The notes below the pieces were generated by a model that ran no database searches, was not told the DNA's origin, and saw only the letters and a program-made list of their open reading frames with translations. Source: an uncultured Candidatus Saccharibacteria bacterium (GTDB taxonomy: Bacteria; Patescibacteriota; Saccharimonadia; CAILAD01; JADZBC01). From it: 64,000 nt of DNA. Shown here in pieces: positions 36,210-46,910 of the stretch; position 1 is the stretch's first letter; each line of letters begins with the position of its first letter. The stretch covers positions 850-64,849 of the forward strand of contig CAYPSN010000002.1 of NCBI GenBank assembly GCA_964413715.1, given 5' to 3'. The translations under genes and the position numbers were made by a program.

Positions 36210-36647
36210 CTAACTCCTTATTACTTTCTGCATCATTATATGAGGCATATTAGCCTCTTCAAAAACATCGCCGACAGTCTCGTAGCCAAGCTTCTTGTAA
36301 AATTCGGCAGCTGCTAACTTAGAGTGCATTACAAGCTTCTTTACTCCTTTTTGCTTTGCCGTCTCTTCGAGGATCGTCATGACTTGCATTCCAACCTGCT
36401 TGCCACGATATCCCGGCAAGACAGCAACTCGCTCGACCTTTGCAATACCGTCATCAATTAAACGATAACGAGCGGTACCAATAGCGTTTTCGCCATCATA
36501 AGCCACAAACTGTTCGGCCGCTTCATCTCTGCCATCAAAGTCGTGCGACTTCGGAACACCGTCCTCGTCATTAAATACTTGCTTACGAACAGCAAACAGA
36601 GGCGACAAATCAGCACCCCGACCTAGATGTTCTACCTTTATATTCAT
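36210..36647 (-). CDS. GNAT family N-acetyltransferase
   Basis: VAVLPGYRGKQVGMQVM...AAEFYKKLGY acetyl-CoA binding motifs. Confidence 0.8.
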   Translation of the reverse strand: MNIKVEHLGRGADLSPLFAVRKQVFNDEDGVPKSHDFDGRDEAAEQFVAYDGENAIGTARYRLIDDGIAKVERVAVLPGYRGKQVGMQVMTILEETAKQKGVKKLVMHSKLAAAEFYKKLGYETVGDVFEEANMPHIMMQKVIRS

Positions 36648-36650
36648 AGA

Positions 36651-36863
36651 CTATCTAACAACGTACGGAAGCAGACCAATGTGTCGAGCCCGCTTAAGCG
36701 CAACTGCCAACAAGCGTTGGTGCTTCATAGAAGCTCCGGTGCGTTTGCGTGATTCAATTTTGCCAGTTGGACCCAAGTAACGCTGCAACAGCTTTACGTC
36801 TTTGTAGTCGATGACGCTAATTTTTTCTGAATAAAATCGGTTTTGCTTTCGGTATTCTGCCAT
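36651..36863 (-). CDS. rpsR: 30S ribosomal protein S18
   Basis: [25 protein letters not shown]. Confidence 0.9.
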   Translation of the reverse strand: MAEYRKQNRFYSEKISVIDYKDVKLLQRYLGPTGKIESRKRTGASMKHQRLLAVALKRARHIGLLPYVVR

Positions 36864-36873
36864 TATCTTCTCC

Positions 36874-37335
36874 TTAGAATGGTATGTCGTCTAGATTAAT
36901 TTCACCCTCACCCATGTCCTCGATCACAACGTCGTCGCTCTTTTTGCTTGGCTTTTTAGCTTCTGCTGGTGCAGAACTAGCTGCTGAGTAATCAGTGCCA
37001 TCGCCAGCTCGGTCGAGGAAGTTAATGTCGGTTGCCACGATTTCAGTTTTCTGTCGTTTTACACCGTCAGTCTCCCAAGATCGTGTTTGTAGACGACCAG
37101 TCACAAGCACCTTGCGGCCTTTCGACAGGTAGTTGCTAGCAAGCTCGCCCAACTTACCCCAAGCTACAATATCGTGATACTCCACGGCTTCTTTCTTTTC
37201 ACCCGATGGATCGGTCCAGTTACGGTTCGTTGCAACTGCAAACGAAGCCACCGACTGACCACTTGGTGTGGAGCGAAGTTCTGGGTCTCGCGTTAAGTTG
37301 CCCATTATGATTGCCTGGTTAAAGCCCTGTGCCAT
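36874..37335 (-). CDS. ssb: single-stranded DNA-binding protein
   Basis: OB fold; acidic C-terminal tail ending DDIPF. Confidence 0.9.
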   Translation of the reverse strand: MAQGFNQAIIMGNLTRDPELRSTPSGQSVASFAVATNRNWTDPSGEKKEAVEYHDIVAWGKLGELASNYLSKGRKVLVTGRLQTRSWETDGVKRQKTEIVATDINFLDRAGDGTDYSAASSAPAEAKKPSKKSDDVVIEDMGEGEINLDDIPF

Positions 37336-37336
37336 A

Positions 37337-37714
37337 TTATTTGCCCTCCTGTGGCTGTTCTTTAGTAGCTTCCTTGTCTTCTTTTACTTCGGTTTCGGTG
37401 TTTTGCTGTGTGGTTTTGCTCACCAATCGAGTGTTTTCCATCGAAACAATTAAATAACGCATAACTTCTTCGGTAATGCGAAGCTTTGCCTCAATCTGAG
37501 CTACGTTGGCAGGCTCCAATTGAACCTGGTAAAACACGTAAATGCCCCAGTCTTGTTTTTTAATCTTGTAAGCCAGCTTACGCTTGCCCCAGTTGTCTTT
37601 TTTGGTAATCTTGCCCTTGGCGGCTTCGATGATTTTTTCTACTTTGCTTGTTGCACTCTCGATGTCGATTTCTAAATCGGGGTGCAATACTACTGCAATC
37701 TCGTAGTTACGCAT
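37337..37714 (-). CDS. rpsF: 30S ribosomal protein S6
   Basis: MRNYEIAVVLHPDLEID start; ORF-track N-extension rejected; acidic/K-rich C-terminal tail. Confidence 0.85.
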   Translation of the reverse strand: MRNYEIAVVLHPDLEIDIESATSKVEKIIEAAKGKITKKDNWGKRKLAYKIKKQDWGIYVFYQVQLEPANVAQIEAKLRITEEVMRYLIVSMENTRLVSKTTQQNTETEVKEDKEATKEQPQEGK

Positions 37715-37876
37715 ATGTTGTTTTGTTCCTTTCTTTGGCTTGACCAACATAAATTTGGTCTTTGCTGTAGTCGGGCTATATAGATGCTCTGCTACAACAA
37801 AAAGGTTAGTTAATACCGTGTTATTCTACCTTATAAAGGTCTTTTGGTCAACCTATCAACGGGTTATAATACAGTC

Positions 37877-38401
37877 ATGCTTATGCTCTATGACCAACTC
37901 ATCGGCCGAACAATTGCAAGCGTGCAGTCTGGCTTGCCATGCGGCCGCATTGCCAGCTTCATTGTAGACCCCGCCAAGCTTGCGATTGAGCTCATCACGA
38001 TACATGACCTGCACGGCGCTCAGTACTTGTTGCCAGGTGACGTACGCTATATTGGCACAGAACGAGTTATTATTGATGCCGAAGAAAAACTTTCTGAAGC
38101 CGACGAGCTGTTGCGTCACCAAGAGATTATTCACCAGAACTATAGTCCAATCAGCTCCAAGGTGGTGACTGAAAGTAAAAAGAAGCTCGGTCGAGTCACC
38201 AACTATGCAATTGACGAAAACAATTGGCGAATTGCAAAGCTCTATGTTACCTCCGGACTCTTTGGCAATCCCTTACAGCAGGAACAGATAATTGACACAG
38301 GAGATGTTGTTAACGTAGAGGCCAACAAGATTATTGTGCGGGACTTACGTAATACTCAAAAGAAACCGCTTACGATACCCTTGCCCAAAAATGTAGCATA
38401 A
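37877..38401 (+). CDS. hypothetical protein (possible PRC-barrel-like repeats)
   Basis: ORF on the plus strand amid minus-strand genes; start uncertain; weak family assignment. Confidence 0.35.
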   Translation: MLMLYDQLIGRTIASVQSGLPCGRIASFIVDPAKLAIELITIHDLHGAQYLLPGDVRYIGTERVIIDAEEKLSEADELLRHQEIIHQNYSPISSKVVTESKKKLGRVTNYAIDENNWRIAKLYVTSGLFGNPLQQEQIIDTGDVVNVEANKIIVRDLRNTQKKPLTIPLPKNVA

Positions 38402-38462
38402 CCTATACTATGTCCAATGAGATGAGGAGGGTGATTTGGTAGTAGTATTTATGTGGCTCTTG

Positions 38463-39107
38463 CTAATCGGTACTGTCATTCGATTCGTTGTTCTCAGCCG
38501 CTAATACACTCATCGCCTCCCGTACGTCCGAATATCTAAAGCCTTGGCCCACCAAATATGTGACTAACTTTTGCTGGTCATTGGCATAACGAGCCAGTCG
38601 CATTTTCTTTATCAGTACCTTGGTTAAGTTTGCTTGCTCATCAGCTGATTCGATTTCGCCAAGCGCAGTATCGAGTACATCACGGCCTATGCCCTTTTTC
38701 ATAAGCTCCATACGCAAAACGCGAGAGGAACTGTGTTTGGTGGCTGACCGACTGCGAATCCACGACCGTGCGAACTCAAGGTCATCCACATACTTTTCGA
38801 CAGCAAGTCGACCGATGGTTGCACTAGCAACATCCTCATCGTAACCTTTGCGTGCTAAATACTGTCGTAATTCATACTCACTGCGCGGGCGATAGCTAAG
38901 ATACCTCAGTGACACATTGTAGGCCTTGGAGCCTAGAGCGGACTGAATGAGATTGGCTTGTTCGTCACTGCTAATTTCCTGGCCGATCTTGAGGCCTCGG
39001 TTTGACATCTCTAATACCCCTAAGCCGCATAGAAATTTACCATCGACTTCAATATTATAGATATCTTGATTTCGCTTTTGAGCCGTTATGTTTGTAATCT
39101 GTGGCAT
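38463..39107 (-). CDS. recX: recombination regulator RecX
   Basis: Three-helix repeats YLSYRPRSEYELRQYLARKGY...; immediately downstream of recA. Confidence 0.85.
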   Translation of the reverse strand: MPQITNITAQKRNQDIYNIEVDGKFLCGLGVLEMSNRGLKIGQEISSDEQANLIQSALGSKAYNVSLRYLSYRPRSEYELRQYLARKGYDEDVASATIGRLAVEKYVDDLEFARSWIRSRSATKHSSSRVLRMELMKKGIGRDVLDTALGEIESADEQANLTKVLIKKMRLARYANDQQKLVTYLVGQGFRYSDVREAMSVLAAENNESNDSTD

Positions 39108-39133
39108 ATGAACCTAGCCAAGAGCTTACTCAG

Positions 39134-40222
39134 CTACTTAAGATCGGCTTCTTTGCGAATAGCAGCATCTAATGCGTCCATGACTTTCGGGTGTTCCTTG
39201 AGAAATCCTTTGGCAGCCTCACGGCCTTGACCGATTTTTTCATCTTTGTAGGAATACCAAGCCCCAGACTTAACTACCATGCCATACTTTACGGCTAAGT
39301 CGATCATATCACCAGCCTTCGATATACCTTCGTTATACATAATGTCGAACTCAGCCACCTTAAATGGCGCGGCAATTTTATTCTTCACCACTTTGACTTT
39401 TACATGATTGCCAATTGGGTTGTCGCCGTCTTTCAGCTGCTCACTGCGACGAATGTCGAGCCGCACCGAGGCGTAATATTTAAGCGCATTACCACCAGCG
39501 GTTACTTCGGGGTTACCGAACATTACACCTATCTTCATGCGCAGCTGGTTAATGAATATAACGGTACAGTTAGATTTACTAATTACACCAGTCAACTTAC
39601 GCATAGCCTGACTCATGAGCCGTGCTTGGAGACCCATTTGGGCATCACCCATATCGCCTTCAATTTCAGCGCGCGGCACCAGTGCTGCCACAGAGTCTAC
39701 GATAACAATGTCCACCGCACTCGAGCGCACAAGCGTTTCACAGATTTCAAGCGCCTGTTCGCCGTTATCGGGCTGAGAAATTAGCAGGCTATCTAAGTTC
39801 ACACCAATTCTTGAGGCGTATTCAGGGTCTAGGGCGTGCTCGGCGTCTATAAAAGCAGCTGTACCGCCGCGCTTTTGCACCTCTGCAACAGCGTGTAGCG
39901 CCAATGTGGTTTTACCACTCGATTCTGGGCCGTAAACCTCTACAATGCGACCTTCGGGAATTCCCCCACCCAAGGCAATATCGAGTGATAAACTGCCAGT
40001 TGGAATGGTTTTTACCTGCACCTTCGAGCCCTCGCCGAGCTTCATAATTGAGCCCTTACCAAACTGACGTTCAATCTGCTCTACTGCTAAATCAACTGCA
40101 CGCAAACGCGCTGCTTTTTCTCCGCTTGGTGCCTTTGATTCTGCTTTGTCATCCTTCACTACTTTTGTATTCTCCAACTTTACGTTCTTCGTTCCTGTTT
40201 TTTCGACTGTTGCTGTACTCAC
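39134..40222 (-). CDS. recA: recombinase RecA
   Basis: [13 protein letters not shown] Walker A; 362 aa. Confidence 0.95.
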   Translation of the reverse strand: MSTATVEKTGTKNVKLENTKVVKDDKAESKAPSGEKAARLRAVDLAVEQIERQFGKGSIMKLGEGSKVQVKTIPTGSLSLDIALGGGIPEGRIVEVYGPESSGKTTLALHAVAEVQKRGGTAAFIDAEHALDPEYASRIGVNLDSLLISQPDNGEQALEICETLVRSSAVDIVIVDSVAALVPRAEIEGDMGDAQMGLQARLMSQAMRKLTGVISKSNCTVIFINQLRMKIGVMFGNPEVTAGGNALKYYASVRLDIRRSEQLKDGDNPIGNHVKVKVVKNKIAAPFKVAEFDIMYNEGISKAGDMIDLAVKYGMVVKSGAWYSYKDEKIGQGREAAKGFLKEHPKVMDALDAAIRKEADLK

Positions 40223-40284
40223 TTTATCTCCTTACATCTTAAAACATTTGATATAAGGATGATACCGAACAATATACGTACATG

Positions 40285-41325
40285 TCAAGAGGGCTTTTTG
40301 AGCCAACTTTGCAGCTCCTGTACTGTTCTTACCTTACCAAGTACGACTCCCCTATAAACATCGGCGCTAAACACAGTCTTACCATAATCCCCAGCCTGAA
40401 TGAGGTCATACTTTAATTGCAGGATCTGTTCTTTCTGTTGCTCGCTCAACTTCTTATACCAGGCATCCGGCATGTCTGCCATGACGGCCTCGGCTCCGGG
40501 TTTCAGAAACCAAATATCGAAATTCCACATTCTTTCGCCAACCGGCACATTGAGACCGAGATAAACCCCAGTCGGCTGATGCGCCAGTCTTGACTTAAAA
40601 TTTAGATGATTTGAAACAAAGGTCCTGCGTACATCGGCCCGAGAAGCAAAGTATTGGGCCGCTTTTGCAGCCGCTTCCAAGGTTGGAGGAGCCATCCAGA
40701 CACACATATCAATATCCGGGTTCACCATTAAGCCATAGCTTAAACTGCCATCGACTGTGACCGTGCCAAATTGCGACAAGACACTTATCGCATCTAGCTG
40801 CTTTAGCAACTGCTCCCCTTCCGCCACCAAAGCCTTTGAGCCATCAATAACAGGCCCGCGAACAGATACCCTGCGGGCGATGTGTCCTTGCTGCTCCACA
40901 GCATCCCGTCCTACAAGATAACCTTCTAGCAGCGTGGCATCGTACCTATCTTTTACTCGGCCTGAGCGAGATTTAAAGAATAGCGCGTGATCGATGCATT
41001 GAAAGTACAGTCCGTCAATTTCTTCAGCTTGCGCTAGTTGCTCTTCTGAGGTCGGCCAACCTTGCTTTGGCGGAAAGCTTTCAGCCGAAAAACACTCCAC
41101 ATCATCGGCAAGTAAAATCTTTGGGACATCAGATGCTATGACGGGGTGCTTTTTTCTTAGATCTTGCCATAATGCATCGGATACCATAATGTCGACATCG
41201 GTCACCTTACGCAAACCACGAGCACCAAGCGGCCCGCTGCCAACAATCGCATACTGGCCAGCTGGGAGATCAAGCGCCCTTACCCTGTCGAATAACTTAC
41301 GATTATAGGCGACTATCTCATTCAT
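40285..41325 (-). CDS. hypothetical protein with two tandem pol-beta-type nucleotidyltransferase-like motifs
   Basis: GSGPLGARGL..DVDI and GSLSYGLMVNPDIDM resemble hG[GS]x9-13Dh[DE]h NTase signatures. Confidence 0.4.
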   Translation of the reverse strand: MNEIVAYNRKLFDRVRALDLPAGQYAIVGSGPLGARGLRKVTDVDIMVSDALWQDLRKKHPVIASDVPKILLADDVECFSAESFPPKQGWPTSEEQLAQAEEIDGLYFQCIDHALFFKSRSGRVKDRYDATLLEGYLVGRDAVEQQGHIARRVSVRGPVIDGSKALVAEGEQLLKQLDAISVLSQFGTVTVDGSLSYGLMVNPDIDMCVWMAPPTLEAAAKAAQYFASRADVRRTFVSNHLNFKSRLAHQPTGVYLGLNVPVGERMWNFDIWFLKPGAEAVMADMPDAWYKKLSEQQKEQILQLKYDLIQAGDYGKTVFSADVYRGVVLGKVRTVQELQSWLKKPS

Positions 41326-41819
41326 CGGAAGTTTGTAAAACTTAGTGGAAAATCAAAGTCAGCACTTTTAAGTACATTCATTATCCCCTGTAAATCATCT
41401 TTGCTCGTACTACTTACCCGCACTTCTTGCCCTTGAATTTGAGCCTTGGCCTTGGGGTACTCGTCGCGAATCAGCTTAGTGACTTTCTTGGCCTTTTCCT
41501 GATCTAAGCCTTTGCGCAAAGGAACAGTTAATTTACTTACCATGCCGCTCTGCACAATCTCCCCCGACTTATCAAGCACCTTGAGGCTGATGCCGCGCTT
41601 GAGCAGTTTTGATTCAACCACGTCCAGAATCGTCTGGACTTTAAGATCGGAGTTGGCTTCAAGCGCTAACTCCCCCTTATCGCGCACAAATTCACATTTA
41701 GCACCTGTGCCCTGAAAGTCGTAACGAGTTTGTAGTTCTCGCCCCACTTGATCAATCGCGTTAATCATTTCGGACAAATCATAGTCGCTCACCACGTCAA
41801 ATGAAAAATCTTTTGCCAT
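41322..41819 (-). CDS. yajQ: YajQ family nucleotide-binding protein (UPF0234)
   Basis: MAKDFSFDVVSDYDLSEMINAIDQ...; 165 aa. Confidence 0.85.
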   Translation of the reverse strand: MAKDFSFDVVSDYDLSEMINAIDQVGRELQTRYDFQGTGAKCEFVRDKGELALEANSDLKVQTILDVVESKLLKRGISLKVLDKSGEIVQSGMVSKLTVPLRKGLDQEKAKKVTKLIRDEYPKAKAQIQGQEVRVSSTSKDDLQGIMNVLKSADFDFPLSFTNFR

Positions 41820-41871
41820 CGCTTAGGCCTCCATTATCAGATACATTATACCAGATAGCTTTGAGGCGGAA

Positions 41872-42930
41872 CTATTGAACCTGCGTGTCTTTCTTGAAAA
41901 TAATATCGCTCTTCGGCTCAGAGCTTGTCCCGACTTTTCCAAGATCCTTTTTGGTCACCACCGTGTTGCTCAAAATAAGCTGAGTTGAGGCAGCGTTGCT
42001 CGTCGAAACCTTAATCGTTTCATTCGCGCGAAAAGTCTGTTCACTTCCTGCCATCATTGTAGAGCTAAAGACATCTTTGCCGTCTGTGCTCACCACAATA
42101 TTAGCCGTATCTGGCCCTATTCTCACGGTGAGCTCCACCCCGCCAGCCACTGCCGAACTTGCACCGATGACTTTTTCGTCGTCTGGGAGCTTGGCGTTAA
42201 TCGTGCGGACTACTGTGGTGTTTTTGTTAAGTCGACTGCGTGCGGTTACTTTTACTTGGTTCGGGCCATCGACGAGCGTGAGTTTTTGACTAAATTTACC
42301 GTCCGCTGTAATTGTCACTTGGGTGTCGTTAATAAAAAGTTCGGCGGTCTGGTCTGTCTGGCCCGTGATATAGATTGTGCCCGATTTCACCGTAGTGTTA
42401 TTTGGATTATCGACAACCAATGAAGGTGGTGCCGAAAGAACGCTAAGCTGCCACGCTATGTATGCGGTTATTAGACCAACCACCACCACGCCCAATACAA
42501 ATAGGAGGCTTTTGGGCGTAATAACAAACTTGGGACTATCCAAAGGCTTCAAGCCTAGTTGCGGGGAATCTTGTCTTTTGGCTTCGCTGCCACGCCTTGC
42601 CGCAAACGCTTGTCGCTCTTTTTTGTATAAGTTAAGTAGAGGTGCTGTATCAAAACCCAAAAAGTCGGCGTAGTTTTTAACATAGCCGCGCGAATAAATA
42701 TCATCAGGTAGTTTGTCGTACGCAGCAGCTTCGATTTGCTCTAAATAAGCCGCGCGAATGTTTGTCTGTTTTTCAGCATCTTTAATACTCAGGCCAAGCT
42801 CATCGCGTCGTTTCTTTAGTAGCTCGCCTAATGAAAAATCAGCGACTCGTTTGGGAGCCGGCTGACTCTTTGGACTGTGCGCTGAAGGCCTAGATTTCGG
42901 AGTCACTGTCACCTCCCTCGCCCAAGTCAT
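41872..42930 (-). CDS. RodZ-like HTH membrane protein (HTH_25 + TM + C-terminal beta domain)
   Basis: SLGELLKKRRDELGLSIKDAEKQTNIRAAYLEQIE HTH, central TM. Confidence 0.55.
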   Translation of the reverse strand: MTWAREVTVTPKSRPSAHSPKSQPAPKRVADFSLGELLKKRRDELGLSIKDAEKQTNIRAAYLEQIEAAAYDKLPDDIYSRGYVKNYADFLGFDTAPLLNLYKKERQAFAARRGSEAKRQDSPQLGLKPLDSPKFVITPKSLLFVLGVVVVGLITAYIAWQLSVLSAPPSLVVDNPNNTTVKSGTIYITGQTDQTAELFINDTQVTITADGKFSQKLTLVDGPNQVKVTARSRLNKNTTVVRTINAKLPDDEKVIGASSAVAGGVELTVRIGPDTANIVVSTDGKDVFSSTMMAGSEQTFRANETIKVSTSNAASTQLILSNTVVTKKDLGKVGTSSEPKSDIIFKKDTQVQ

Positions 42931-45004
42931 TCATACTCGAAACTAATGTTTTGCGCGGTTTAGCCCCTTCTTTTGGCCCCACAACGCCCCGGTCTTCCAG
43001 CATATCAATCAGGCGACCAGCTCGTGAAAAACCTACCTTGAATCTTCGCTGAATCGTCGAAGCCGATATCTCACCTGACTGAATTGCTAACTCGGCTACT
43101 TCATCGAACAAGTCATCATCACCTGTGTCATAAGCACCACCGCCGCCACCCTTTATGCGCACGGCTTGCTTGAGAATCTCGTCGTCGTACTCGGGCTCAC
43201 GCGCATCCCTTAGGTAGTCTGCAACCGCCTTTACTTCCTCTTCGCTCAACCATACGCCCTGAACACGCTTCGGCTTAATGAACGAAGGGCTGGCGAAGAG
43301 CATATCACCCTTACCAAGCAACTTTTCGGCACCAGACATCTCAATAATGGTGCGCGAATCAACCTGGCTAGCTGTAGTCAACGCAACACGAGTCGGGATA
43401 TTTGCCTTAATCACACCGGTAATTACATTCACACTTGGTCGCTGAGTGGCTAACACTAAGTGAATACCAACGGCACGAGCCATCTGAGTAATGCGCTGCA
43501 CCAAGGCCTCCACGTCTTTGCCAGCAATGGTCATAAGGTCAGCGAACTCATCAATCACAATGACAATGTATGGCATGTTATCGACGCCTTTTTGGGCATT
43601 ATATTCTTCGATCCCGCGCTTACCATTATCTTGTAAGAGCTTATAACGACGTTCCATTTCCGCTACTGCCCACTTTAAAGCAGAGATGGCCTGGGGTGGG
43701 TCTACAATCACCGGAGCCAAAAGGTGTGGAATATCAAAGTATAGACCAAGCTCAACTCGCTTTGGATCAACTAAGATTAGCTTGAGTTCCGCCGGTGAGT
43801 TTCTATATAACAAGCTGGTTATCAGAGTGTTGATCATGACAGACTTACCCGTCCCAGTAGCACCAGCTACGAGTAAATGAGGTGCTTTTCCTAAGTCGGC
43901 GGTTACGATATCTCCACTCACATCTCGACCGAGCACAAACGTAAGCTTGGTACCCTTACCCGCAACTTCTTTTGACGCCAAGATGTCACCAAGCCGAACT
44001 TGTGCTGATTTTTTATTTGGCACCTGAATACCTACTAAGCTTTTACCAGGGATTGGTGCTTCTATGCGAATTTGCTCGGCCTCGAGTTTGAGGGCTAAGT
44101 TGCGATCAAGCGCGGTGAGTTTGTTGAGGTTTACACCCGACGGTGGTTTCAGGCTATATTGAGATACAGTCGGGCCGATGTCGACTTCGCCCATTTGCAC
44201 TTCGTAGTTAAACTCGCCAAACGTATCCTGAATAAGCTTAGCAATTGCCTTGGCATCGCCAGGATCGGCTTGCGTGGTGGTGGCCTTTACTAGATCAAGG
44301 GGTGGATACTTCCAGTCCTTATCCATAGTAGACAGAGTAACGGTCGCCTCTTTCTTTTTTGCTTCTGGCTCCTCTTCACCAATGCTACCGCGGACAGGCA
44401 GTTTGTTGTTAATCTTGAATTCAGTTTCTTCAGCAGCTTCACCGAGCTCTCGTTGGCGTGCAAAAAGCTGCAAGAAGCTTTTGAATAAGTCCTTGACGCG
44501 CGTGTTGGTAGCTACTACCAAGCATATCAATAACAGTGCTGCGAGGATGAAAATAGAAACTGGCTTATTTAAAATCGGCAACATAGCTGCGCTCAAACCA
44601 AAACCAACCATGCCGCCGCCACTTCCTACGTTGCCAAAATCAACATTTTCGGGTGCAAATACCATATGAGCTAGTCCCGCTAGACATATGAAGACAGCAA
44701 TCGTACCGAAAAGATTATTGGGTTTAAATTCGTACTTCGATGGCTGGAATAGCACCCAAGCGATCAGAAGCAAAGCAAACGGCAGCACAAATGCCGCCAG
44801 ACCAATAACAAAGCCTACGGCCATGAAGATCCAGCCGCCTAAGCTACCGGCAAATCCAATCATAGCGAGAATCAAAAATACCGCAATCGTAATCAGGACT
44901 ATTGCTGCAATTTCTCGCTTTGCCTCACTCGAAATGTGCGCCTTGGCTTCACCTGGAATCCGTGCGGTGTCTTTCTTTTTTACTTTTCGCTGCTTCTTAG
45001 CCAT
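42890..45004 (-). CDS. ftsK: DNA translocase FtsK/SpoIIIE
   Basis: N-terminal 4-5 TM segments, LLVAGATGTGKSVMINTLI Walker A, C-terminal winged helix (gamma domain). Confidence 0.9.
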   Translation of the reverse strand: MAKKQRKVKKKDTARIPGEAKAHISSEAKREIAAIVLITIAVFLILAMIGFAGSLGGWIFMAVGFVIGLAAFVLPFALLLIAWVLFQPSKYEFKPNNLFGTIAVFICLAGLAHMVFAPENVDFGNVGSGGGMVGFGLSAAMLPILNKPVSIFILAALLLICLVVATNTRVKDLFKSFLQLFARQRELGEAAEETEFKINNKLPVRGSIGEEEPEAKKKEATVTLSTMDKDWKYPPLDLVKATTTQADPGDAKAIAKLIQDTFGEFNYEVQMGEVDIGPTVSQYSLKPPSGVNLNKLTALDRNLALKLEAEQIRIEAPIPGKSLVGIQVPNKKSAQVRLGDILASKEVAGKGTKLTFVLGRDVSGDIVTADLGKAPHLLVAGATGTGKSVMINTLITSLLYRNSPAELKLILVDPKRVELGLYFDIPHLLAPVIVDPPQAISALKWAVAEMERRYKLLQDNGKRGIEEYNAQKGVDNMPYIVIVIDEFADLMTIAGKDVEALVQRITQMARAVGIHLVLATQRPSVNVITGVIKANIPTRVALTTASQVDSRTIIEMSGAEKLLGKGDMLFASPSFIKPKRVQGVWLSEEEVKAVADYLRDAREPEYDDEILKQAVRIKGGGGGAYDTGDDDLFDEVAELAIQSGEISASTIQRRFKVGFSRAGRLIDMLEDRGVVGPKEGAKPRKTLVSSMNDLGEGGDSDSEI

Positions 45005-45109
45005 AAAGCTTATTATAGGTGCTCCTGGCCTGGTGTGCTAGATGGTTTTTGCATTATTCACCCTCATGTTAGATCCCATTATAGCACAGTAGTACAATAA
45101 TTACAAGAC

Positions 45110-45138
45110 TTGTCAAATATAACCATTTTACCTAGTAT
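45110..45138 (+). promoter_or_regulatory. sigma70-like promoter of ABC exporter operon
   Basis: TTGTCA-17 nt-TAGTAT, then AGGTGA RBS and ATG at 45147. Confidence 0.5.
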
Positions 45139-45146
45139 TAGGTGAT

Positions 45147-46895
45147 ATGAAGAACATCCTCAAGTCACTTAAGCTAGTTAAGTCTGCACGATCGAAGATA
45201 CTACTTTTGATAATAATTGGCTCGATTTCTGCAGCACTCTCATCGGTACAGCCGTATATCGTAAAGGAGATTATAAACTCCTTAGCAGCTGCTGCAGGAG
45301 CGGAGCAAACCACAAAGCAAATTATTTTCTATTTGGTACTATTCTTAACTTTTAGCCTCATATATGCAGTATTTGGCAGCTGGGAGGTCTGGCAAACAAG
45401 ACGAATTAACACACATCTTAATACGCTTCTATCTCTCTCTTCATTCCAAAAACTATCAGGTCTTTCCGTTGACTACTTTGAGATGAACCGGCCTGGATCT
45501 ATCTTGCGTAAAGTTAATGATGGAATCGGCTCGCTCTCGCAGTGGATATATGACCTCTCCTACAACTTCATTGGTCCAGTAGGACTCATAATTTTCGGGC
45601 TACTCGCGCTTTGGAGTAAGTTTCCGCTAATTGGCCTGATGGCCACCTTGGCACTTCCCCTCAATACATATATATTTCTTCGTTCGGCAAAAAAATCTCA
45701 GATTATATATAAGAAATACCGTAAGCTTACTGAAAGATCTGACGGCAAGATGAGCGAGACTTTTTCTAACATCACAACGACCCGGAGCCTTTCAGCGGAA
45801 CGAGCTGTGTATAAACAATACGAGAAGGACATATTAAAGGCACGAGACTATGAACACAAAGATGCAGACATCTGGCGTCTCTCAATCTGGTTACGCATCA
45901 CCATCACCAGAATAGTGTTTGTAGCTTCGATGCTTATCGTTGCCTATCTGGTGATTCAGAACAATGCAACCGTGGGCGACGTAGTCTTCGTCAATCTGTT
46001 CCTGCAACAAGTATTGAGCCAAGCATTAAGTATAGGGCGGTTCTTCGACATGACAATAAAGCGAGATGTAACCATTGGACGGCTACTCGACATATTAGAC
46101 CAAAAGCCTAGATTCAGCGACAAGCCCGACGCCCTACCTCTTGTGGAATTAGACACTATTGAGTTCAAAAAAGTGAGCTTCAGCTATCCCGATGGCAAGA
46201 AAGGTGCAATCAAAAATGTTAGTTTTAAGATCGAGAGTGGTAAAACAGTTGCACTCGTTGGGCCAAGTGGCACTGGCAAAAGCACAATTACAAAACTCCT
46301 TCTACGCTTCTACGAACCTACAGAGGGTCAGATACTTATTAATGGTCAAGATGTTAGTGACTTTACCGCAGATAGTATCCGCCAACACATTGGCATGGTC
46401 ATGCAGGATGTCGCGCTATTTAACGCCACCGTGGAAGAAAATTTAGGCATGGCAAATAACCAGGTGAATAAAGAAGCTATCATTCGTGCAGCCAAACAAG
46501 CCCATGCTGATGATTTCATCCAGAATTTACCGCAGCAATATAGGACTTTAGTCGGCGAACGCGGCATAAAACTCTCGGGTGGACAAAAGCAGCGCGTAGC
46601 AATTGCGCGTGCCATACTCAAAGATCCACAGCTTATCATTCTAGATGAAGCTACGAGCGCTTTAGACAGTGAGTCTGAACGACTGGTTCAAGAAGGCCTA
46701 AAGAAACTTATGGCGGGCCGTAGTGCCCTGGTTATCGCCCACCGACTGAGCACCATTATGCATGCCGATGAGATACTAGTACTCAGAAACGGCAAGATAT
46801 CGGAACGAGGTACGCATGCCGAGCTCATGAATCAAACGGGACTGTACAAGAAGCTCTTCGACCTCCAGTCCTCTAGCGGTAAAGTAAAATTGTAG
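45147..46895 (+). CDS. ABC transporter permease/ATPase (type I exporter half-transporter)
   Basis: 6-TM N-domain; GPSGTGKST, LSGGQKQR, ILDEATSALD. Confidence 0.85.
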   Translation: MKNILKSLKLVKSARSKILLLIIIGSISAALSSVQPYIVKEIINSLAAAAGAEQTTKQIIFYLVLFLTFSLIYAVFGSWEVWQTRRINTHLNTLLSLSSFQKLSGLSVDYFEMNRPGSILRKVNDGIGSLSQWIYDLSYNFIGPVGLIIFGLLALWSKFPLIGLMATLALPLNTYIFLRSAKKSQIIYKKYRKLTERSDGKMSETFSNITTTRSLSAERAVYKQYEKDILKARDYEHKDADIWRLSIWLRITITRIVFVASMLIVAYLVIQNNATVGDVVFVNLFLQQVLSQALSIGRFFDMTIKRDVTIGRLLDILDQKPRFSDKPDALPLVELDTIEFKKVSFSYPDGKKGAIKNVSFKIESGKTVALVGPSGTGKSTITKLLLRFYEPTEGQILINGQDVSDFTADSIRQHIGMVMQDVALFNATVEENLGMANNQVNKEAIIRAAKQAHADDFIQNLPQQYRTLVGERGIKLSGGQKQRVAIARAILKDPQLIILDEATSALDSESERLVQEGLKKLMAGRSALVIAHRLSTIMHADEILVLRNGKISERGTHAELMNQTGLYKKLFDLQSSSGKVKL

Positions 46896-46910
46896 ACAAA
46901 AAGGACCGTC

